Source of the DNA: Eubacteriales bacterium
GTDB lineage: Bacteria; Bacillota; Clostridia; Oscillospirales; CAG-272
Length of the DNA stretch: 64,000 bases
Direction: 5' to 3'
Assembly (NCBI GenBank): GCA_045546615.1
Contig: JAZQDD010000039.1
Span: 11,359 to 75,358 of the forward strand
Shown: one piece after another, positions 56,904 to 64,000 of the stretch
Layout of the letters: every line of letters starts with the position of its first letter
Position numbering within the stretch: position 1 is the first letter of the stretch
Notes under the pieces: model-generated
What the model saw: the letters and a program-made list of their open reading frames with translations, nothing else
Told to the model about the DNA's origin: nothing
Database searches by the model: none
Program-made: the position numbers and the translations under genes

Positions 56904-58307
56904 TTACCTCTCAATATCAATCAATTCATAGCCAAGATACGTTTTGAATGCCTCCTCCAAAATGTATTTCATATGACCTACGCCAACCGTCGTGTGATGC
57001 TTGAATCCACCCTTGGCAAGGCGGATCAGCTTGTTTTGCAGATCGGGAATTTCGGCAACGCCGCCACATCCAAAGAAGCTGCCTTCGATCTTATCATCGG
57101 TAAATTTCGCTTCACTGACGTACACCTTAAGCTTTCCGTCCTCGGTAAAACCGTTTGAAAATGTCATGTCAAATGCGGATATGCGCCCTTCGTTCGTGCC
57201 CCATCCGCTTCCAGGGTCTTCCTTGGCAAACATCTTGTGCTCGGTTACAACACCCTTGGCAGTCATAAGACTCTGCGCAACGGGTCCACAATGGAACAGT
57301 ATGACCTTGTTCTCGTCATCACCGTAATTGTTGTTCCAATCAAGACAAGCCGTAGGACGTCCGCTTGCAAGCTGCATAGCACGCATAGTTATCGCACTGG
57401 TAAGGTCTATCTCGCAGGAGCATACGATTCCTCTGTCATTCAGCTCGGAGATGAGAACGCAGGGACAAACTCGGAGGATGGTTTCCATCTCGTTCCAACA
57501 GCGAAGCGTCAGAGCGTCAAGGTGATACTCTTCTATGTATTCATCAATAACTACGGATATTTTCGCAAGAGTCAACATATTCTGCGCGGGCACCTTCGTG
57601 AAATCGGCATACTGCAAAAGGCGCTTGACTCTTGCAAGCACAGCGGCATCGTCGTCGGCTTTTGCCTGCACCTTGAAAATCAACTCGGAGAGGTCAAAGC
57701 TTTCTACGTTTATACCGTATCTCTGCAACGTTACCTCATCAAAGCGCACGGTCTTGAATGCCGTTGTTCTTGCTCCGATGCAACCAAGGTTAAAGCGCTT
57801 CATTCCCTTGACTACGCGGCATATAGCCGCAAAATCATCAAGATTTTGGCGGAAAGCTTCGCTCAAAGGATGAACAACGTGCGGTTTCATGACCGTAAAG
57901 GGAAGTTTATACTGATAAAACACGTCGGTTACGGAGAATTTTCCGCAATACGCATCGCGGCGATGTCTGAAATCCATTTTTCCTATCTCATCGGGGTACG
58001 CCTGCATTAAGATGGGAACGCCTGCATCCTGAAGAGCCGTTATAGCGCCGTTTTCGTCAATAAATATGGGCATACAGAGAATAACTCCGTCATATTCACC
58101 CTCGTGACTCTTGAGCCAATCGTGGTATAAACGGCCCTCATCTCGCGTTTCGATAGCTCCATAGCGAGTCAGACTCTCATCCATCGCAATATAGTCATAG
58201 CCTGCATCGGTTACGGCTTTTATCATATCGGCTCTCGCGCCGGTGATCAGCTCCCCGGGCATAAAGCCTCGGTTTCCAAAATATAACGCAAATTTCATCT
58301 TAAGCAA
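56904..58307 (-). CDS. L-fucose/L-arabinose isomerase-family sugar isomerase
   Basis: 467 aa with general similarity to the fucose-isomerase-like family. Sits between the kinase and aldolase genes. Confidence 0.6.
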   Translation of the reverse strand: MLKMKFALYFGNRGFMPGELITGARADMIKAVTDAGYDYIAMDESLTRYGAIETRDEGRLYHDWLKSHEGEYDGVILCMPIFIDENGAITALQDAGVPILMQAYPDEIGKMDFRHRRDAYCGKFSVTDVFYQYKLPFTVMKPHVVHPLSEAFRQNLDDFAAICRVVKGMKRFNLGCIGARTTAFKTVRFDEVTLQRYGINVESFDLSELIFKVQAKADDDAAVLARVKRLLQYADFTKVPAQNMLTLAKISVVIDEYIEEYHLDALTLRCWNEMETILRVCPCVLISELNDRGIVCSCEIDLTSAITMRAMQLASGRPTACLDWNNNYGDDENKVILFHCGPVAQSLMTAKGVVTEHKMFAKEDPGSGWGTNEGRISAFDMTFSNGFTEDGKLKVYVSEAKFTDDKIEGSFFGCGGVAEIPDLQNKLIRLAKGGFKHHTTVGVGHMKYILEEAFKTYLGYELIDIER

Positions 58308-59748
58308 GCTCCTTTACAAGTTTATAAATTTTTTTATATTTTTCGTATTTTCTCTCGTACGCACCCGATGGGGCGGGGGAGAAATGCTTGGTGTAGCGCG
58401 TAAATATCTTGCGCGCATCTTCAAGTGTAGCTATACCGCCAATCGCAACCGATTGAAGCATAGCACAGCCGCACAGACCGCCCTCCGATGACCGTAAGAC
58501 CTTGACGGGAACCTTTTGTACGTCTGCTTTGATCTGCATCCAACGTTCCGAGTTTGAGCAACCGCCAGTAGCCACTATCTCGCTGATGTCAATACCGTAT
58601 GCATTGACCGTTTCAATATTCATCCTCATTTCCATGCTCATGCCCTCGATAAGCGCCCGATACATATCGCAATCCCTTGTGTTTAGCGAGAGGTTGAGGA
58701 ACGCGCCCTTCGCGCTCAGGTCCTGATGCGGTGTGGCGGCACCCGCAAGATAGGGAAGAGCTAAAACGTCACTTGGTGAATCGGGGATATTCTTTTCCAT
58801 ATATGCAAAAAAGCTTGCCTCATCCCCAGCATATTCGTGCGTGATCTTTCTTCGGAACCAGTTGACCGTAGAGCCGCAGGAATAATTCAAAATGTACGTA
58901 CAGTACAAGCCATCAACGGCGTACGGTACGCAGCAGTAGCCCTGCCGCCCCATCTCGATTTGAGTAGGTCTTTTTGAAAACGCCACGGTGGTGCATTCAA
59001 CGGTTCCCATGCCATCAACAGCCTCGCCTGCTTTCAAAACACCTGCGCCAACGGCGGCACAGACCTGATCGTGAGAGCCAAGCACAAGAAGTGCGGGAAT
59101 GTTCCATTCGGGCTTTAGCTTTCCAACGATACTGCCCGCTCGCATCGGAGTAGAGAATAGGGATTTGTTTATTCCGAAGCGCCCCAAGACCTCATCCGAG
59201 AATTGCATAGCTCTGATGTCAAATGCCCCCGTTCTCGATGCTAAGGCATAGTCTATCACACGCTTGCCTGTGAGCAGATAACCGATGTAATCACCGATAA
59301 GCATTACCTTGTGCGCTTTTGAAAACACGTCCGGCGCATGGTGCTTGATCCACAAAAGCTTTGATAGCGAATACATGCTGTGCGGAACAACCCCCGTGAT
59401 GAGAAACGCCCTTTCCTCACCGATGGCGGACTTGATCTCCTCCGCTTCCTCCTCGCCGCGCGTGTCGGTGTAGAGCATGGGATGGAAAAGAATCTTGTCA
59501 TTCTCATCCAAAAGTACGAAGGACTCTCCGAGCGACGAGATGCAAATAGATGAGATGTCAAAGTCTCTCGAGATCTCCTCAATCATCTCGCGCAAATGAC
59601 CTTCGATAGCCGAAACGTCGACGTAACTATCGCCGCCTAATATCTTGAACGCGTATTCCCTGAATAAATATTTTATTATATCTCCATTTTCGGAGAACAA
59701 CTGACACTTACAGCCCGTTGTACCTACATCTATGCTCAAATAAGTCAT
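58300..59748 (-). CDS. FGGY-family carbohydrate kinase
   Basis: Starts MTYLSIDVGTTGCK and has a C-terminal GGCSNSERWMQIKADV region. Confidence 0.8.
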   Translation of the reverse strand: MTYLSIDVGTTGCKCQLFSENGDIIKYLFREYAFKILGGDSYVDVSAIEGHLREMIEEISRDFDISSICISSLGESFVLLDENDKILFHPMLYTDTRGEEEAEEIKSAIGEERAFLITGVVPHSMYSLSKLLWIKHHAPDVFSKAHKVMLIGDYIGYLLTGKRVIDYALASRTGAFDIRAMQFSDEVLGRFGINKSLFSTPMRAGSIVGKLKPEWNIPALLVLGSHDQVCAAVGAGVLKAGEAVDGMGTVECTTVAFSKRPTQIEMGRQGYCCVPYAVDGLYCTYILNYSCGSTVNWFRRKITHEYAGDEASFFAYMEKNIPDSPSDVLALPYLAGAATPHQDLSAKGAFLNLSLNTRDCDMYRALIEGMSMEMRMNIETVNAYGIDISEIVATGGCSNSERWMQIKADVQKVPVKVLRSSEGGLCGCAMLQSVAIGGIATLEDARKIFTRYTKHFSPAPSGAYERKYEKYKKIYKLVKELA

Positions 59749-59844
59749 TTTCTGCTCCTTTTTTATTATTCTACTTGATTTTTTGCTTGAATTATAGTAT
59801 TATTTATATAAAAGTATGGTAATTTTGTACGAGGAATTACGAAT

Positions 59845-60681
59845 ATGTCAACATTTGATTTTGATGCCCTAAAACAGCTTTTATATGATTTTTATACCTT
59901 GACTAATATCAAAACCTGCCTTTATGATTCCGAGGGGAACGAGCTGTGCTATTATCCTACGAAATTCAGCGGCTTTTGCGAGATTTTGCGCAAGGATAGG
60001 AAAATGGATCTGCGTTGCAAGGACTGCGATAAGCACGCCTTTGCTGAGTGCAGAAAAACGCGCAGTCAATATAGCTATACCTGCCACGCGGGCTTGCGGG
60101 AATGTCTGTCGCCAATCCTTTACAACAATCACATCATCGGCTTCATGATGATAGGTCAGATCAAAAATAACGGCGCAGATATTGCAGAACTGGAGAAGGA
60201 GCTTCCCGAATATTTGAGAAGCAAGTTGCGCGCGGCATACGACAGCTTGCCTACCATTTCGGAAGAAAAGTTGATCTCAGCATTTCGAGTTTTAGATGCC
60301 TGCACAAACTACGAACGTTTGAAAACCATGGTAGAGCTCTATAACGATCCAATCGAAGCACAAATAGACAAATATATCTACGAAAATCTTTCAAAGCCGC
60401 TGTCCGTATCCCATCTATGTTCGCACTTCCATTTGTCGCATTACGAGATATATCAGATATGTAACGAATATTTTTGCGCAACACCTGCCAAGCACATAAA
60501 GAATTGCAGACTCGCATACGCATGCAAGCTGTTAGCGACTACGGATTTTGCCGTGAACAAGATCGCGTTGCTTTGCGGCATCGAGGATTATAATTATTTT
60601 TCAAAGCTATTCAAAGCCACTTACGGTATCAACCCCACGGAATACAGGAAAAACAATATCGCTTCCTCTCGCGTGGATTGA
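59845..60681 (+). CDS. AraC-family regulator with an N-terminal PocR-like sensor domain
   Basis: The Cys-rich N-terminal half (FCEILR...CKDCD...YTCHAGL) resembles PocR. The C-terminal HTH region includes YNYFSKLFKATYGINPTEYR. Confidence 0.75.
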   Translation: MSTFDFDALKQLLYDFYTLTNIKTCLYDSEGNELCYYPTKFSGFCEILRKDRKMDLRCKDCDKHAFAECRKTRSQYSYTCHAGLRECLSPILYNNHIIGFMMIGQIKNNGADIAELEKELPEYLRSKLRAAYDSLPTISEEKLISAFRVLDACTNYERLKTMVELYNDPIEAQIDKYIYENLSKPLSVSHLCSHFHLSHYEIYQICNEYFCATPAKHIKNCRLAYACKLLATTDFAVNKIALLCGIEDYNYFSKLFKATYGINPTEYRKNNIASSRVD

Positions 60682-60697
60682 TTTTTATTATACCTAC

Positions 60698-60791
60698 ACA
60701 CAAACAAGGGGTGAACGTTTCGTTCACCCCTTGCGGCTTGACATATTACGCTTTAACGATGGCTGGAAAAAACGCCCATGCACAATTCGAC
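60698..60791 (+). repeat. composite: hairpin of the direct-repeat family (60698-60733) plus partial copy E of the intergenic module (60753-60791)
   Basis: acacaaacaaggggtgaacgtttcgttcaccccttg resembles 41876-41912. ttaacgatggctggaaaaaacgccc resembles copies A, B and C. Confidence 0.65.
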
Positions 60792-60821
60792 ATGCTTGGG
60801 AAGTTGTGATTCGGCATAGCT

Positions 60822-61394
60822 TTAATCACTATCAGCAATACGAAGTCCTTGCATTTTCGCAGCGTATTTCAACTCATATACCGTATCTGTCTCGCTTGCA
60901 TTTGAGATGCTGTGCAGCTCTTTTTTGGCATCTTCCATGGAAGCATAAAAACCAAGCAAAGTCCGCTTGTTAATTCCAAAAACGCCTTTTGAAATTCCAT
61001 AAAGCGCACACGTCGGAACTTTCACTTTTTCATTTGCTTTACTCAATCCCGTAATTAAAGTGGCTTCGCCGTTGGTGCTGATCGTTTCAATTGAAAATTC
61101 TTCAAACGTTGATATCTTTCTCTTGTTAATATCAATAATATATAGTTTTCTCGGAATGCGAATATCTTGCCGAACAGGTTGAGTGGATTGCGATATTTCC
61201 TCATCTTTAATAAGATAATCGGTAGAAACTTCAAACAGTTCGCTTATAAGCGAGAGCTTTTCAATGTCGGGAGTGCTTGTTCCGCTTTCCCATTTTGATA
61301 CTGCCTGTCGGGATACTTCTAATTTTTCTGCAAGCTGTTCTTGGGACAGCCCCTTGCTTTTTCGTAACTGTTGAATCTTTACAGAAATACTCAT
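60822..61394 (-). CDS. Xre-family HTH protein with an uncharacterised C-terminal domain
   Basis: LSQEQLAEKLEVSRQAVSKWESG motif. An ATG at 61394 follows AAGGAAG. Confidence 0.75.
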   Translation of the reverse strand: MSISVKIQQLRKSKGLSQEQLAEKLEVSRQAVSKWESGTSTPDIEKLSLISELFEVSTDYLIKDEEISQSTQPVRQDIRIPRKLYIIDINKRKISTFEEFSIETISTNGEATLITGLSKANEKVKVPTCALYGISKGVFGINKRTLLGFYASMEDAKKELHSISNASETDTVYELKYAAKMQGLRIADSD

Positions 61395-61542
61395 AATGAA
61401 GCTTCCTTTCAAAATTACAATATGGCTATTTTAACCTGTAACGAGCATAAAGTCTACCACTAAAACGTGGAATAATGTCAACTGATGGTTGCATTTCTGC
61501 CATATTGTTTGAAAATCAAGTTTTGCGGATTGTTTTTACGAA

Positions 61543-61676
61543 CTGATTATACCACAAACAGCCGCGAAGCGCAACTGCTTTGGCACAAGAAAAGGGGAGA
61601 ACAAATTGTTCCCCCTATATCACAGTTCAACGATGGGTGGAAAAAACGCCCTCCCATAATTCGGTCTGTTTGAAAA
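61543..61676 (+). repeat. intergenic module, copy B (full length)
   Basis: Nearly identical to copy C over about 130 nt. Confidence 0.85.
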
Positions 61677-61691
61677 ATGAAATTTGCGTGA

Positions 61692-62291
61692 TCAATTGTC
61701 TTTCTTGATCCAAAACTTGTTTCCCAAATATCTACAAACTTTTTCTTTATATTCGATATACTCTTGACCAAAGGCTTCTATCAGAAAAGATTCTTCCACG
61801 TTTACAATTTGCAAATGTAACAATCCTACGGCAAAGGCTGTTGCAAACATCAGATACCAATTGAAGAAAGCGCACAGGATACCGATATACATTAAGTCAA
61901 ATCCCAAAAAAGCGGGGTTGCGACTTATTGAGTAAATTCCAGTAGTGACAAGGCTTGTTTTCGCCTCCCGTTGAACGCCCGCTCTCCAATTGTCTTTCAT
62001 TTCAGCTACCGATGCAATAAAAGCTATGATGCCGAATGCTTCAACAATAACGCCCGCGATCTGCATCGGCAAAGGTATGTTTTCAAAATAAAACAGGATG
62101 CTGACGATTTGTATTATAGGGAGAATATATGTTGTAATTTTCAGGGCGATCTCAATGAATTTTAGAAAACCTTCTTTTCCTTTTCCGAGTTGGTCAGTGT
62201 GTATCCCTCGCCTTTTTTGACTGATCATTTTGGAAAAATAGCAAATATAAAATATTAACATCAATCCCAATGCTATGATTTTTAGAGCCAT
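61692..62291 (-). CDS. isoprenylcysteine carboxyl methyltransferase (ICMT/PEMT)-family membrane protein
   Basis: About 199 aa. Contains GIYSISRNPAFLGFDLMYIG. An ATG at 62291 follows GGAGGG. Confidence 0.7.
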   Translation of the reverse strand: MALKIIALGLMLIFYICYFSKMISQKRRGIHTDQLGKGKEGFLKFIEIALKITTYILPIIQIVSILFYFENIPLPMQIAGVIVEAFGIIAFIASVAEMKDNWRAGVQREAKTSLVTTGIYSISRNPAFLGFDLMYIGILCAFFNWYLMFATAFAVGLLHLQIVNVEESFLIEAFGQEYIEYKEKVCRYLGNKFWIKKDN

Positions 62292-62324
62292 TTTATTTCG
62301 CCCTCCAAATTCGTGATTTACAAA

Positions 62325-62458
62325 CTGATTATACCACAAACAGCCGCGAAGCGCAACTGCTTTTATACAAGAAAAGGGGAGAACAAATTGTTCCCCCCAT
62401 ATCACAGTTCAACGACGGTTGGAAAAAACGCCCAGTCATAATTCGGTCTGTTTGAAAA
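62325..62458 (+). repeat. intergenic module, copy C (full length)
   Basis: See copy B. Confidence 0.85.
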
Positions 62459-62469
62459 CGAAGATTGGT

Positions 62470-63216
62470 TTATTGATTTTCGAACGTGCTATGGATTTTA
62501 TTACAACAGTCCACCGTGTGCTTCATCAAAAACTCTCCGTGCCCAAACCCCTCCATGATTTCTTCTTTGTAATTTTTTAAATACTTTTTGAGTATATTGT
62601 GAGATTTAATTGCGTATGGCTCTTTACTTCCGCACCACAAGTGCACTGTGGTTTCGTTTTCTGCAATCTCGGGACGTGTGCGATATGTGTAATTCTCCAT
62701 AAAATTACGCCGAACGGTATCATCCGTTGCTCGCATATAAAGCGAATTCATCATCCCCAAATCTTCTGCTTTTAATCCCATGAGTTTCATCGTAAGCATT
62801 ATCAATGTGGGGAATTTTCCTGTGTTCTTGAATTTGCAAAACATTTTATAAGTTACCCAACCGGATATTTTGCCTTGATGCGCAACATAGCATCCATCCA
62901 TAATTACCGTACCGAGGTCGATCTGATTTCTTGTAAGCAATTCGGTAAGCATAAGCCCGCCTTGCGATGCGCCGTACGCGCCGTAAATTTTTCCGCCATG
63001 ATTGAGATTAATATACTCTTCGATTTGCCTTGCCTGATCTGCGAACGATGTGAAATCATTGCTTCCATCGTAGAATCCGTCTTGAGCAGGGATGATAAGG
63101 CGATAATATTCTTCAAGCGGTTTTAACATTTCGTATTCGGTGTGCCAATCTTGCATCATACCGTGCAACAGTAAAATAGGTGGGTTTCCCTTATCACCAA
63201 ACTCATTAAACAGCAT
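62470..63216 (-). CDS. alpha/beta hydrolase
   Basis: LLLHGM oxyanion region and a YGASQGG nucleophile elbow (GxSxG). Confidence 0.7.
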   Translation of the reverse strand: MLFNEFGDKGNPPILLLHGMMQDWHTEYEMLKPLEEYYRLIIPAQDGFYDGSNDFTSFADQARQIEEYINLNHGGKIYGAYGASQGGLMLTELLTRNQIDLGTVIMDGCYVAHQGKISGWVTYKMFCKFKNTGKFPTLIMLTMKLMGLKAEDLGMMNSLYMRATDDTVRRNFMENYTYRTRPEIAENETTVHLWCGSKEPYAIKSHNILKKYLKNYKEEIMEGFGHGEFLMKHTVDCCNKIHSTFENQ

Positions 63217-63221
63217 ATGTT

Positions 63222-64000
63222 TTACTCCTTTAAATTCTCGCTGGTCAGATATATTATTGGTGGAGTCGATGATGTTAAAGACGAACTATTTATCTCTTTG
63301 AGAGAAACTTTCTTCGAGGTGTTTTTGTAGTTGAATGTGATGATGAAATGGTCATCGTACAGATATATCGAATTTACAAAACTATCAATCAGCTTTTGCC
63401 TATCAGACTGCACCGACATATCGAGCTTTCGGTAGTTGTAGAGCGCGAACAAAAGCTGTTCTTTCGGTACGATTGGATTGCGTATCTGATATTGAATAAT
63501 ATCTGTTTCGATGGTCTTTTTCTGTGTTTCCAGATCGTCAAGAAGCTTTTTCGTTGTTGCTGAGAAGATGCCTTGTGCCATTGCTTCTGCGAGATTGTTG
63601 AGTTTCTTTTCCACTTCCTCAAGTTGCGTTTTCAGCAGTATGGACTCGGCGCTTTCAAGATCTTGAAAACGATAGACGCGTTCTGCAAGTTCTTCAATGA
63701 CAGAATCATCAGTGATCAGTTCAAGAATAGTATCTATAACAAGTTTTTCGAGCCATTCCTTACGGACGGTTTTCTTATCGCACTTCTTTTTCTTTGCCTG
63801 ATTACACTTATAATAGCGGTACTTGGTTTCGGTATGGCTTGTACCAATCTCACCGGTCATCATAGCGCCGCATTTGCCACAGAATAGGTGAGTGGTCAAC
63901 AGATAATCATCCTCACTTCTGTGCATCGCAGGAGCCTTCTTGTTGCGCTTCATACGATCTTGTACAGCGTTGAATAGTCCTTCGTCAATGATGGCAGGAA
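63222..64000 (-). CDS. large serine recombinase, C-terminal part (N-terminal catalytic domain lies beyond the window)
   Basis: The frame stays open to base 64000 (..PAIIDEGLFNAVQDRMKRNKK..). A zinc-ribbon region (FCGKCGAMMTGE...YRYYKC) is followed by a coiled coil. Confidence 0.8.
   Translation of the reverse strand, partial: PAIIDEGLFNAVQDRMKRNKKAPAMHRSEDDYLLTTHLFCGKCGAMMTGEIGTSHTETKYRYYKCNQAKKKKCDKKTVRKEWLEKLVIDTILELITDDSVIEELAERVYRFQDLESAESILLKTQLEEVEKKLNNLAEAMAQGIFSATTKKLLDDLETQKKTIETDIIQYQIRNPIVPKEQLLFALYNYRKLDMSVQSDRQKLIDSFVNSIYLYDDHFIITFNYKNTSKKVSLKEINSSSLTSSTPPIIYLTSENLKE

Noticed and set aside
1-64000. Search for CRISPR arrays, rRNA, tRNA, tmRNA and IS transposases.
   Set aside because: I saw no regularly spaced short direct repeats, no rRNA or tRNA-like conserved blocks, and no transposase-like ORFs. 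The only repeats found are the two families reported above.

Overview
64-kb window from a roughly 50% G+C Firmicutes/Clostridia-like chromosome; the taxon is inferred from gene content, GGAGG-type ribosome-binding sites and sortase/pilin genes. The left half (1-33 kb) is conserved core metabolism. It holds a 13-kb purine operon (purE, purF-like, purM, FNT channel, purN, PurO-like IMP cyclohydrolase, purH, purD, purL, fhs) behind a ZTP (pfl) riboswitch. It also holds an L-box-controlled dapA-dapB-lysA operon, argCJBDF, a small block of housekeeping and miscellaneous genes (HD hydrolase, SDR, MutS-like ATPase, Xer-type recombinase), RNase P RNA, and a few hydrolase/oxidoreductase genes. The right half (33-64 kb) is accessory. 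It starts with a sortase-dependent pilus locus: signal peptidase, giant LPATG tip adhesin, LPETG backbone pilin, class C sortase, PPQTG minor pilin and a frameshifted sortase-like gene. Next comes a ~14-kb segment bracketed by ~90-nt direct repeats. That segment carries small regulator/membrane cassettes and a Fic-hsdM-hsdS-[two unknown genes]-hsdR-yjbR defence operon. After it lie a kinase/isomerase/aldolase sugar operon with a PocR-AraC regulator, then three single-gene cassettes, and a large serine recombinase that runs off the right edge. The strongest candidate for a new system is the AT-rich two-gene insert at 49450-51333 inside the type I R-M operon, encoding a 2-TM protein and a coiled-coil protein with a PD-(D/E)XK-like C-terminus. 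A ~130-nt intergenic module repeated four or five times, and degenerate pseudo-enzyme domains in the pilus locus, are further leads. All functional calls rest on motif recognition by eye; no database search was run.
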